A stretch of DNA of 64,000 nt from a bacterium. Its GTDB lineage: Bacteria > Hinthialibacterota > Hinthialibacteria > Hinthialibacterales > Hinthialibacteraceae. This document shows positions 29,484 through 38,778 of this stretch, in pieces. The notes beneath the pieces were generated by a model. The model saw nothing but the letters and a program-made list of their open reading frames with translations. It did not search any database and was not told the origin of the DNA. The stretch is from positions 736,001-800,000 of the forward strand of contig CAXXMV010000001.1 of NCBI GenBank assembly GCA_963662285.2, in the 5' to 3' direction. Made by a program: the position numbers and the translations under genes. Positions within the stretch are counted from its first letter, which is position 1. Each line of letters opens with the position of its first letter.

Positions 29484-31988
29484 CTATGAACCAGACGGTT
29501 TATCCTTGGTTTTCTGATCCACATCATTAATAGGCGCAGGCGCAGTATCCGGGCTATTAAATTCCGCCTGCGCTTTAACGGTCCAGGGAGAATCAGGATA
29601 ACGTTTCTGTAATTCAGCATACAGGGTTTTTATTTCTTCTGGTTCGTTCAAAACCCGGTGACACTTGATGCTGCGGTATAACGCTTCCGGCGTCAATTCA
29701 GGATGATCATAAATAATGGCCACACGCAGGAAGCATTCCAACGCATCGCCGGTCCGGTTTAGTTTATCAAACAACCGCCCACGATCCATAAAAAGAACCG
29801 CTTCGAATGATGTATCTGGATTGCCTAACTTTTGCAGTTCAACCAGGCTTTTTTCATACCACTCCATAGCTTTGGTTAAATCGCCCTGCCCTTCAAACGC
29901 CCTGCCGCGGGTGTGGAATATCTCCGCCTGAAACAGGCTTTTCGGGAACCTGGTCAAAAAGGTCTCTGCGTTCGCCAAAACATCTTTCCACTCGCCTAAA
30001 GCAACTAGCTGGTTGCCCAAGCCGATGTAGGCTCTTTCCTGAATCTGTGGTTCATCAAAAATATCCAGTATCCTCTTGGCAATCTCGAGCGCTTCAGTAT
30101 GGTCGCCTCTTTCATCAGCCGTGATAACCATCCAGAAGATGATTTCAGTCGGCAGCCGGATTCCGCGATCAGTAAAGAGGACGCCGTAGAAACCTTCGTA
30201 GGCCGCGCTGAACTGCTTGGTTTGATAATCGCAAAGCGCCTTGCGCAGCCGCACTTCCTCTTTATCCTTAAATAGTGGATAAACCTTTAGCAATTGGCCA
30301 TAAGCAGCAGAAGCCTCTTGCTTCTTCCCCTGGATTTCATAAATATAGGCCCGCCAGTAAAGAGCTTCCGGTTTACGTGATTGATCATCTTCTGATTGCA
30401 GAATGGCGTTTAAGTCAACCAGCGCACCATCGTATTGTTTGATTTGATATTGCGCCAACGCTTTGCGGTAAAGCACGTCATGCTTGTTTTGCAAGTCGGG
30501 ATATTCTTTCAACAAGCGCTCAGCAACCTCAACTGCGCGTTGATATTCTTTGCCGGCGAAGCGTGAATTGGCCGCCCAACTCAATGCTTCCTGAGCGCGG
30601 GCGGATGTGGGATAAGCATCATAATATTTTTCGAAAGCGTCTCCCGCCTCGCTATAGGTTTGGGATCGGTAAAGCAGATCGGCCAACAAGTAGAGAGATT
30701 CCTCTGCATATTCACTTGTAGTACTGATCTCTAAAGAGACGCGCAATTCATCGATAGCTAATTTATAATCCAGTTTCTGCGCATAGGACTGACCGGCCAG
30801 GAAATGAACATTACTGCTCATTTCCGGAGCAAGCCCTTGCTTCAAAAGGTTCTGACATTCTCTCAGCGCCGCGTCATATTTTTTCGATAGATAATTCGAC
30901 CACGCCAATTGATACCACGCACGCTCGCGGTATTCTCCAGCGCCTGGATCGGCGATAACTTCCCGGAAAAAGAGAATAGCGTCTTCATAAGATTTCTGTT
31001 GATAAGAGCATGTACCTTTGAGAAACAGAATCCCGGCGCGCAGGTCGTCAGGTAAAGATTCACGTTGTAAGGCGCGGGAGAGTTCCAACGCTTTTGCGTA
31101 ATTCTTACGCTGGTATTCCGCCCAGGCGGCGCCATATAAGGCTTTGGAGGATGCTTCGCCCGATGGATGAGCCGCCGCATAGGCTTGATAAGCCTGAGAG
31201 GCTTCTTCAAATTTATCCAGTTTATAAAGTATTTGAGCCGACCGTAGTTGCGCTTCGGAAATCAAATCAGAATCTTTGGGGATTTTGTATTTCGATGGAT
31301 TCTTCCATATATCGTCAAGTTGCTTTACTGCGTCAGCAGGCTTGCCTTGCCGGGCCAGGATTTCCGCTTGCAGCATAATGGCGAAAGCCGAAAATTCACC
31401 ATTCGGATAAGTTGAGCGAATCTGGCGATACCGCGTCATCGCATTTTCGTCATCGCCCAGACTTTCATAGCATCGAGCTGAATAGAACAAAGCGGCTTCC
31501 AGCACAGAAGCGTCTTTGCTCTGCTTCACCACTTTCTGTAATGTTTCAAGTCCAGTCTTTGTGTCATCAAGTTTATAGCAAACCTCGCCATACCTGAGCA
31601 ATGCCTCATGCAACCGTTCACCAGCGGGATACAACCTGAGCCACTCTTGAAACAAGCCGCGCGTTTTCAAAAGAGCCACTTTGTAGGCGACGGGATCATC
31701 AGTCAGATTTTTCGATGCCTGTTGATATTGCGATTCGCCCTGACGAAACAACGCCAGGCTGCTCAATGCACTTACCGGATGTTTTTTCAAAAAGGCGGTG
31801 TATTGCTTTGCAGCGTTGTCATACATGCCTCTCTGATATAATCCATCAGCAAAATCCAGATCGGTCTTTTCTTGAGCGGAAACAGCCGCCGCATCCTCAG
31901 AAAAAGCATTTATGACGGATAATGGCGAAAATAAAATCATGACCGCCAGAACAATACACGTTATATTTACAATCAATCTAATTCTCAT
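29484..31988 (-). CDS. Large periplasmic tetratricopeptide-repeat protein (CpoB/BamD-like TPRs)
   Basis: Signal peptide; many A.Y..A / YP.S TPR units. Confidence 0.85.
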   Translation of the reverse strand: MRIRLIVNITCIVLAVMILFSPLSVINAFSEDAAAVSAQEKTDLDFADGLYQRGMYDNAAKQYTAFLKKHPVSALSSLALFRQGESQYQQASKNLTDDPVAYKVALLKTRGLFQEWLRLYPAGERLHEALLRYGEVCYKLDDTKTGLETLQKVVKQSKDASVLEAALFYSARCYESLGDDENAMTRYRQIRSTYPNGEFSAFAIMLQAEILARQGKPADAVKQLDDIWKNPSKYKIPKDSDLISEAQLRSAQILYKLDKFEEASQAYQAYAAAHPSGEASSKALYGAAWAEYQRKNYAKALELSRALQRESLPDDLRAGILFLKGTCSYQQKSYEDAILFFREVIADPGAGEYRERAWYQLAWSNYLSKKYDAALRECQNLLKQGLAPEMSSNVHFLAGQSYAQKLDYKLAIDELRVSLEISTTSEYAEESLYLLADLLYRSQTYSEAGDAFEKYYDAYPTSARAQEALSWAANSRFAGKEYQRAVEVAERLLKEYPDLQNKHDVLYRKALAQYQIKQYDGALVDLNAILQSEDDQSRKPEALYWRAYIYEIQGKKQEASAAYGQLLKVYPLFKDKEEVRLRKALCDYQTKQFSAAYEGFYGVLFTDRGIRLPTEIIFWMVITADERGDHTEALEIAKRILDIFDEPQIQERAYIGLGNQLVALGEWKDVLANAETFLTRFPKSLFQAEIFHTRGRAFEGQGDLTKAMEWYEKSLVELQKLGNPDTSFEAVLFMDRGRLFDKLNRTGDALECFLRVAIIYDHPELTPEALYRSIKCHRVLNEPEEIKTLYAELQKRYPDSPWTVKAQAEFNSPDTAPAPINDVDQKTKDKPSGS

Positions 31989-32073
31989 ATTCGTTGCTCT
32001 CTAAATCCATGTATCAGTTCAGTTATACGCATTGATAAGATAAAAACTATGTTTTACACAAAATATAGATATT

Positions 32074-32167
32074 AGAATTCTCCCCCCAAGCCTGGGGGGA
32101 GTTAGAGGGGGGTTGAGTTTCAACCTATCAACCCCCTCCTAACCTCCCCCAGGCTTGGGGGAGGGAT
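32074..32167. repeat. Inverted pair of CCCCCTCCTAACCTCCCCC-type REP-like repeats
   Basis: TCCCCCCAAGCCTGGGGGGAGTTAGAGGGGGGTTG followed by its near reverse complement. Confidence 0.75.
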
Positions 32168-32198
32168 AAGACTTTTCATTCAACAAACCATTGCTAAA

Positions 32199-32627
32199 TC
32201 ATGGTCCCTCAGGTTCCTCTGTGGGAAGCGCTGCGAAAGATACATTCCACACGCCGGATTTGGCGCAGACGTCCAGGATGCCGATGGCGTACTCTAAAGC
32301 AGCTTCACGGTCGCCCCGGATAATAACCGACTGATCAGGGTATTGTTTAGCGATGCGAACCAGAAGCATTTGCAGTTGGTTCATAGAAACGCTTTTCTGA
32401 TTCACCAGTAATGTTCCATCAGAGCGTAAATTCACAATCAATTCGCCCAAATCCCGCTTGGGAGTTGTCGCCGAATCCGCTGTTGGAACCGTGATTGACA
32501 GTTCGTTTTCTAACCGTGCGAAAACTGATGTGGTAATAAAAAATATCAATAACAGAAAGATGATGTCAATCATCGGCATCATGGGGATGATCGGATCTTC
32601 CTGGGCTGTACGGGACATAAAATTCAT
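32199..32627 (-). CDS. exbD: Biopolymer transporter ExbD/TolR
   Basis: PMIDIIFLLLIFF, VIIRGD. Confidence 0.9.
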   Translation of the reverse strand: MNFMSRTAQEDPIIPMMPMIDIIFLLLIFFITTSVFARLENELSITVPTADSATTPKRDLGELIVNLRSDGTLLVNQKSVSMNQLQMLLVRIAKQYPDQSVIIRGDREAALEYAIGILDVCAKSGVWNVSFAALPTEEPEGP

Positions 32628-32677
32628 TTGACAGACTCCCGGTCAAATCTTAAAAAAGTTTATTCTTCAAACTGACT

Positions 32678-33529
32678 CTACTCTTTGGTTTCCTTGGCGG
32701 TCGTCTTACGCTTGGTGCGCCGCACTGGCATTTTCGGTTCGACTAATGTCATTTGATCGGAAATTTCAACCGCAATCTCTTCCATCTCGCCAATATGAGA
32801 TTGTAATTTGCCGCGAAAATAGAAGAAAAATCCCATGCATGGTATGGCCACAATCAATCCCGCAGCAGTAGTGACCAGAGCTTGCGCCACCGCGCTGGCC
32901 AAAGCCACCGGTTTGACAGCGCTGATATCGAACGCGATGAAATTGAAGGCCTGGATCATTCCCAATACTGTTCCCAGAATGCCCAGCATGGGCGCAACCG
33001 TTGCTATATCAGATAGATATCTAACCTTACGCATCAGTGCATCGGCCTCACGTCGGCCAATGGCTTCCATAGAAGCGGCCGCCGATGCGGGATCATCCAA
33101 TCCGCGAGTCAAACCCGCCAGGATCACTTTGGAAAACATCCCCGAAGACCGTCGGCACAACCGGGCGATATCTTCATAACGCTTGTCTCTAAGATAATGA
33201 CGTATTTGAACCACCATATCGCGTGGAACAAGATTCTTTTGCCGAAGAGTTAAACAAAAATAGAGCACTAAAGCCAGCGCTAAAATTGACAGACCCGCCA
33301 GGATATACATCACCCAACCACCGGCAATCAGCAAATCGTAGAGCGTCATGCCCTCTTGGGAATCCATTATATCCGCCACAATCTCGCTGGTAGCCTGTTC
33401 TATAGCCGGGTTGCCAGTTTTAGCCGGATTCTCCTGCGAAAATGCAGGAATGGCGGTTGCCATTAAGGCCGCAAATAAAAGCCATCTCATTCGCATCTTA
33501 TAAGTTACGCAACTTTTCACAGTAAACAT
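32678..33529 (-). CDS. exbB: MotA/TolQ/ExbB proton-channel protein
   Basis: GGWVM, APMLGILGTVLGMIQAF, ALVTTAAGLIVAIP. Confidence 0.9.
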   Translation of the reverse strand: MFTVKSCVTYKMRMRWLLFAALMATAIPAFSQENPAKTGNPAIEQATSEIVADIMDSQEGMTLYDLLIAGGWVMYILAGLSILALALVLYFCLTLRQKNLVPRDMVVQIRHYLRDKRYEDIARLCRRSSGMFSKVILAGLTRGLDDPASAAASMEAIGRREADALMRKVRYLSDIATVAPMLGILGTVLGMIQAFNFIAFDISAVKPVALASAVAQALVTTAAGLIVAIPCMGFFFYFRGKLQSHIGEMEEIAVEISDQMTLVEPKMPVRRTKRKTTAKETKE

Positions 33530-34043
33530 TCAATACGTTCCTCCACGCTTGCCATAATCAGTACTCACTCTGTAAACGGCACAATACTCTTATCCGGAAT
33601 TAACTCTAATATAAAGAACAGCATTCGGCAACGTCGGATGCATATAATCGCTTTATTCATTTACAAGACGAGTATAATGAAAGACTTATTCAAATCATCC
33701 TAAAATAAGTTGTATATAGATAATAGATCATATCTGTTCAATAAAAAATGTTGAATAAGTGATTAAGACCGTATTCATATAATTAATAACAATTTTCAAG
33801 AGATCACCCAAGCCTAGCCTAACATAAACGATTAATAATACTTACGAGATAAACAGCATAAACGCCAACTTATAGTGTTCATTATCTTATACGATTCATT
33901 ATAAATGATAGTTGAGATTCTTTCCCGAAAAGAATAGAATAATCCCTGCTTGAATAATATGAGATACGATATATTAGTTTGAGTAGTATTATCTTGATAT
34001 TTTCCTAATATTTTCATAATATTTTCTATAAAGAGTACTCCGA

Positions 34044-35444
34044 ATGGCTAAAGTTCAACATCTTACTCCGTCTGACAAAAGCCTTCCTAACAATTTGGAA
34101 GCGGAGAAACACGTCCTGGGCGCAATGATCCGCGACACGGATGCCATATATAAATCACAGGGCATCCTGGGTAAAGAAGCATTTTATCAGCCGGGACACC
34201 AGAAAATCTACGACGCATTGGTCGAATTAGTCTCCAGCGGTACAGCTATCGACCTGATGACCTTATCTGATTTGCTGGAAAAAAGAGGAGAAATTGAACA
34301 GGTCGGAGGAGCATTCTATCTCGCCGATTTAGTAAGCAAAGTCGCCACCACTGTCAATATTGAGTATCACGCCGCCATCGTCCGCGAAAAAGCAGTGCGA
34401 CGCCGCCTGATCCGCCAATGCACTGAAATCATTCAGGATTCTTATGATAGCGGAGATCAAGCGACTGAAATTCTATCCCGCGCAGAATCCAGCATATTCA
34501 ATATATCTCAACAACGCACCGACCGCGCTTTCGACGCCATCGGCAAACATCTGGATGCGGCTATCGAGAAAGTCCAAAATGCTCACGCCCAGCAAGGCTC
34601 GTTGACAGGTTTGGCCAGCGGATTTACTGATTTCGATCAAATGACCGCTGGTCTGCAACCATCCGACTTGATCATCCTGGCGGCGCGTCCTTCAGTCGGT
34701 AAAACCAGCCTGGTTTTGAATATCGCCGAAAACGCGGCATTAACCGGAGCTCCGGTCGGGGTATTTTCGCTTGAAATGAGCAGTGAACAGATCGCCGAAC
34801 GCGTATTATGCTCTCAAGCGCGGGTCAATCTAAAACACTTGCGTTCCGGTTTTTTCACCAAAAGAGACGCGGCTCAATTATTGCAAACCGCCAGCCGTCT
34901 CCATAGCATGCCCCTGTATATCGACGATACGCCGAACCTGACGCCCACCGAAGTATTCAGCCGTGCGCGTCGATTGAAATCCCAACAACCCAAACTGGGA
35001 TTACTCGTAATCGACTACCTTCAATTGATGTCGGGTGGAGGGCGAACCGAGAGTCGTCAGCAGGAAGTTTCTGAAATTTCACGTTCGCTTAAAATTTTAG
35101 CCCGTGACCTCAATATTCCCATAATCGCCTGTTCGCAGCTCTCCCGTGCGGTGGAAAAGCGGGACGACCACATGCCCCGGCTATCTGATCTACGCGAATC
35201 AGGCTCCATCGAACAGGATGCCGATCTGGTGGTATTTCTACACCGCGATACGCTTAAATCCGATTTTGACGAGGGCGGAGATGATGATTTAGAGGCTGGC
35301 CGGCAAATCCATTATTCATATAAACTTATTATCGGAAAACACCGAAATGGACCTATTGGAGAAATGGATATCTATTTCGCGCGTGAATACACCCGCTTCT
35401 ACGACGCCGCCCGTGAAGCCCCCGACGAAGATGTGCCGTTTTAG
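34044..35444 (+). CDS. dnaB: Replicative DNA helicase
   Basis: AARPSVGKT, FSLEMS, IDYLQL, SQLSR, SDLRESGSIEQDAD, KHRNGP. Confidence 0.97.
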   Translation: MAKVQHLTPSDKSLPNNLEAEKHVLGAMIRDTDAIYKSQGILGKEAFYQPGHQKIYDALVELVSSGTAIDLMTLSDLLEKRGEIEQVGGAFYLADLVSKVATTVNIEYHAAIVREKAVRRRLIRQCTEIIQDSYDSGDQATEILSRAESSIFNISQQRTDRAFDAIGKHLDAAIEKVQNAHAQQGSLTGLASGFTDFDQMTAGLQPSDLIILAARPSVGKTSLVLNIAENAALTGAPVGVFSLEMSSEQIAERVLCSQARVNLKHLRSGFFTKRDAAQLLQTASRLHSMPLYIDDTPNLTPTEVFSRARRLKSQQPKLGLLVIDYLQLMSGGGRTESRQQEVSEISRSLKILARDLNIPIIACSQLSRAVEKRDDHMPRLSDLRESGSIEQDADLVVFLHRDTLKSDFDEGGDDDLEAGRQIHYSYKLIIGKHRNGPIGEMDIYFAREYTRFYDAAREAPDEDVPF

Positions 35445-35456
35445 GTTTTGGATTTG

Positions 35457-35516
35457 AATTATTTCTTCCCGCCCCGTGGGTGATATTTCACATGCAGTTC
35501 CTTGAACTGGCGTTCG
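35457..35516. repeat. 60 bp direct repeat of the xerD 3' end (copy 1)
   Basis: Identical to 37060-37119. Confidence 0.95.
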
Positions 35517-35806
35517 CCTTTTGATTCGAGCCACTTGCGAAATGATTTTTGGCTCTCACCAGAACGTCTTCCTGCAATAATACCTTCAATACTGATATCT
35601 TCATCAAGATCGGGCCAATGAATACCTTCTCCATCTCCGATCAGCTCATAATTCTGTAATTCTTTTTCTGTGGCGTGCAGCAAGCGTGGATACCAGGCAA
35701 GGGGAACCGAAATGCTTCGGCCATCATCAAGTAGAACACGGAAGGCATTTTCAGTGAATGTGACCTCTTGGGCGTTGCATGGGTGCTCAATCGGCAAAGT
35801 ACTCAT
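35459..35806 (-). CDS. DUF2442 protein (TA-associated) with C-terminus derived from xerD
   Basis: L.DGR.ISVPLAWYPRL..AT, G.GIHWPDLDEDIS; ends ERQFKELHVKYHPRGGKK like XerD. Confidence 0.85.
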   Translation of the reverse strand: MSTLPIEHPCNAQEVTFTENAFRVLLDDGRSISVPLAWYPRLLHATEKELQNYELIGDGEGIHWPDLDEDISIEGIIAGRRSGESQKSFRKWLESKGERQFKELHVKYHPRGGKK

Positions 35807-36023
35807 TCCATAACTCCAAAAATCTTATTTTGTTAAATTCTACAATTTTTTGTATCTCGCGCAACTCGTGATCTCGAAAGTGCTTTGAACGCTGCAATCT
35901 TACCGGGTCCAACCAAAATTTGGCGGTTGCCCTTTCTTTTCTGATGTGAACGTGAGGAGGTTCTTCGTGATCCGAAGCATAAAAGAAAATACGATAAGGG
36001 CCAATGTCATCGATTTTTGGCAT
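35787..36023 (-). CDS. DUF4160 protein (partner of DUF2442, TA-like)
   Basis: GPYRIFFY..DH.EPPHVH, AKFWL.P, W.EYF. Confidence 0.85.
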   Translation of the reverse strand: MPKIDDIGPYRIFFYASDHEEPPHVHIRKERATAKFWLDPVRLQRSKHFRDHELREIQKIVEFNKIRFLELWNEYFAD

Positions 36024-36066
36024 TTCACCATGTTCTCTGAGTTGGGAAGATTATCAAATCTATAAT

Positions 36067-36141
36067 TTACATCGCTCCGCATAACTGGCTGGCAATGGAG
36101 CGCAGCGGAATTGCCAGTCCGAGTTGATGCGGTTGTTAGAC
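36067..36141 (-). other. Integron attC recombination site with non-canonical R' end
   Basis: GTCTAAC-AACCGCATCAACTCGGACTGGCAATTCCGCTGCGCTCCATTGCCAGCCAGTTATGCGGAGC-GATGTAA: R'' matches RYYYAAC; imperfect palindrome with extrahelical bases. Confidence 0.75.
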
Positions 36142-36276
36142 AATTTCATGTTTAATTGATTATTTCAAGGTCTAGTACCCTAAATTTGACTTTGGTTCGG
36201 GGACTCATTGTGTATAGCGCCGTTGTCAACTTCTGTACGCTACCATCAACCTTGCTTGTCACCCTCAAATCAAGAA

Positions 36277-36480
36277 GGAAAACAAATCAAAGGAAACGGT
36301 AACGTATGAACACAACGGCAAAGAATACACAGACGAATATATCATAGAGGATGGCACGGTAAAAGTATTTTTAAGGGGAAGAAAAAATCGGCTCAAGTCG
36401 GCAGTCACCGTGGTAATAAAAAAGTGTTAGATCACACGCTTTTATATGAGTTGGTGATGGCGGAAGAGTCCACCGTCTAA
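36277..36480 (+). pseudogene. Possible frameshifted small gene remnant
   Basis: ..KETVTYEHNGKEYTDEYIIEDGTVKVFLRG, then a shift in an A-run to KSAQVGSHRGNKKVLDHTLLYELVMAEESTV*. Confidence 0.3.
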
Positions 36481-36968
36481 AGATTTTTCAAGATGATAAC
36501 GATTATAATGAACACCACCACGGCAACGATGCAACCAACGTTTGAGTCTTCCGATTGATACGCCTCAACACTCTCTTTAATGCCGTCCGTTTTCGGGTCA
36601 AAAATCAAATTGACTTTGTGCTCATTAAGTTCAATCCGTTGCGTGATGGATTGCGTAATGGTGTCACGGTCTCTAATCTCTCTGAAGATAGTTGGCAAAC
36701 GCATTCTCAAGCCATCCGCCACCAATTTCTTTTCGCGGCCCAAGAAATAGTTGAGTAGTTTTTGATAGGCCACAGAGTCACCCGCCGCCAACCAACGGAA
36801 ACGATTTTCCAACGGGCCGGGCACGGTGTACTCAACCACCTTCTCATTGAGCAAATCGGTCAAACGGCTCATAACCTCTTCCTCCGGCACATCCGGGCCT
36901 ATTCTATAGGTGGTGACAGACTTGTCCCCCACGCATTGATCAATAATATATAAATATTTAAGGATCAT
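36477..36968 (-). CDS. Hypothetical protein with C-terminal TM anchor
   Basis: 163 aa ORF, hydrophobic tail GCIVAVVVFIIIVIILK. Confidence 0.55.
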   Translation of the reverse strand: MILKYLYIIDQCVGDKSVTTYRIGPDVPEEEVMSRLTDLLNEKVVEYTVPGPLENRFRWLAAGDSVAYQKLLNYFLGREKKLVADGLRMRLPTIFREIRDRDTITQSITQRIELNEHKVNLIFDPKTDGIKESVEAYQSEDSNVGCIVAVVVFIIIVIILKNL

Positions 36969-37059
36969 AGATTATCATATCATTAATGCCATCTTTTGTA
37001 TTACCAGCACTTTAACGTCCAAGTGCCCATTTATTAGTACGGAGCGCCATGTCTTTCCA

Positions 37060-37119
37060 AATTATTTCTTCCCGCCCCGTGGGTGATATTTCACATGCAG
37101 TTCCTTGAACTGGCGTTCG
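37060..37119. repeat. 60 bp direct repeat of the xerD 3' end (copy 2)
   Basis: Identical to 35457-35516. Confidence 0.95.
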
Positions 37120-38009
37120 TCGAAATGGGTGTAAATCTCAGTGGTATTGATGCTGGCATGCCCCAGTAGTTGTTGTAAAACCCGGAGGTCCACCCCATTG
37201 GCCAGCAGGTGAGTGGCGAATGAGTGGCGTAGAGTATGAGGCGATAGTTTAGAATTAATTCCAGCCAACAAACCATATTTACGCAAAATTTTCCAAAATC
37301 CCATACGGCTTAATGAACGACCGAACCGGTTGACGAACAGGAAATCGCAATTGCATTTGGTGGTTAATGAAGGACGGCCCTGCTCAATATATTCCATTAC
37401 CGCTTGTTCCGCCTGATCGTGGAAAGGAACCAGGCGCTCTTTGTCGCCCTTACCAACGGTGCGCAGATACTTGAATTGAAAATTAAAATCACCCGGTCTT
37501 AAGCCCAAAAGTTCAGAGACGCGCAATCCGGTTGCATATAGTAGTTCCAACATGGCGCGGTCACGCAAGCGGAAAGCGGTATTCTCTTCACTGCTGGTCG
37601 CCTCGATCAGACGCTCCACTTCATCAATTTTCAGCGCTCCCTTAAAACGCTTGGGTGGAGAGGGAGTTCGCATCAACCTCGCCGGATCGACCTCAATATA
37701 CCCCTCCTGAGAAAGATAATTATAAAAGCGCCTGAGCGAGGAGGATTTTCTGGCTAACGAATTCTGATGCAAGCCTTTATTGCGCAGTTCTTCAAAAAAT
37801 TCCAATAGCACATTGCCCGTCACATCTTTGGGGAAAATAACCGACTGCTCTTCCAGGTAATCAATATGCTGGGCTATATCCCGCCGGTAAGCGTCAAGCG
37901 TAGCGCGGGCTGCTCCCCGTTCTAGAGATAGATAATCCAGAAACTCACGCGCATATTGATGCGCCAGAGTCGGGGTCAAGTTCTTAGCGGGTGACCGGGT
38001 ATCAGCCAT
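37062..38009 (-). CDS. xerD: Site-specific tyrosine recombinase XerD
   Basis: RDRAMLELLYATGLRVSEL, GKGDKERLVP, LSRMGFW, SPHTLRHSFATHLL, LLGHASINTTEIYTH, YHPRG. Confidence 0.93.
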   Translation of the reverse strand: MADTRSPAKNLTPTLAHQYAREFLDYLSLERGAARATLDAYRRDIAQHIDYLEEQSVIFPKDVTGNVLLEFFEELRNKGLHQNSLARKSSSLRRFYNYLSQEGYIEVDPARLMRTPSPPKRFKGALKIDEVERLIEATSSEENTAFRLRDRAMLELLYATGLRVSELLGLRPGDFNFQFKYLRTVGKGDKERLVPFHDQAEQAVMEYIEQGRPSLTTKCNCDFLFVNRFGRSLSRMGFWKILRKYGLLAGINSKLSPHTLRHSFATHLLANGVDLRVLQQLLGHASINTTEIYTHFDERQFKELHVKYHPRGGKK

Positions 38010-38659
38010 TACGCCATGATTTCCTGTAAATAGGGATTATTGCGCCGTTCTTCTCCAACCGTAGTAGTCGGTCCATGTCCGGGATAAACAATAATATCAT
38101 CATTCAACACCAGTATTTTATCGCGGATCGACTGAGTTAATTTAACATGCGAACCGCCGGGTAAATCGGTTCGCCCGACCGTATCCTTAAATAAGGCGTC
38201 ACCGGTAAAAAGATGGTTATCGAGTAAAAAAGATACGCTTCCGGGACTATGTCCGGGGGTATGTAGAACTTTTATGGTTAAACCTTCAAAATCAATCTCA
38301 TCGCCATCATCGAGCAATTTATCGGCAGGCGGCGCCAAAACCGGCTCCCCGAAAATGCCTGACAGATTGGCTCGCGCATCAGAGAGCATAAGTTCTTCAT
38401 CCCGGTGAATAGCGATTTTCAAGTCAAATTGATCCTTCATGAATCCAATTGCTCCAATATGATCGCCATGCCCATGAGTCAGGATAATCCATGAAGGTTT
38501 TAAATTAAGTTCCTTTATAGTTTTAACAATAGTCGGCCCTTGCTCTCCCGGATCGATAATCAGGGCTTTTTTACTCTCCTTGAGATATATGATATAACAG
38601 TTGGATTGCAGCTTTCCAACTGGAATTTGGATAATTTCTATTTGCGCGGCTTGTGACAT
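38009..38659 (-). CDS. MBL-fold metallo-hydrolase (glyoxalase II-like)
   Basis: THGHGDHIG, HTPGHSPG, TGDALF, PGHG. Confidence 0.9.
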   Translation of the reverse strand: MSQAAQIEIIQIPVGKLQSNCYIIYLKESKKALIIDPGEQGPTIVKTIKELNLKPSWIILTHGHGDHIGAIGFMKDQFDLKIAIHRDEELMLSDARANLSGIFGEPVLAPPADKLLDDGDEIDFEGLTIKVLHTPGHSPGSVSFLLDNHLFTGDALFKDTVGRTDLPGGSHVKLTQSIRDKILVLNDDIIVYPGHGPTTTVGEERRNNPYLQEIMA

Positions 38660-38722
38660 TTAATTGATTACCTTTCAATAAAATAAATTGATGTTTGAAG
38701 TTGGTAAATACACTATAAAAAA

Positions 38723-38746
38723 CGCCGCTCTAAAATTAAAGCGGCG
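38723..38746 (-). terminator. Intrinsic terminator after the pilin-like gene
   Basis: CGCCGCT/AGCGGCG stem with T6 tail on the minus strand. Confidence 0.6.
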
Positions 38747-38778
38747 CTTGAAATATTATTAAATTAAATTCGGTTAGA

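Larger units (their letters stand above)
35457..37119. mobile_element. Small integrated islet at the xerD 3' end, no integrase
   Basis: Bounded by 60 bp perfect direct repeats; carries a TA pair, an attC site and an orphan gene. Confidence 0.65.

Noticed and set aside
33530-34043. AT-rich region upstream of dnaB as an origin, or the 61 aa ORF in it
   Set aside because: No DnaA-box cluster; best explained as a divergent promoter region
37062-38009. Tyrosine recombinase as an integron integrase or island integrase
   Set aside because: Motifs (LSRMGFW, YHPRG), length and context match housekeeping XerD; no evident IntI-specific insertion
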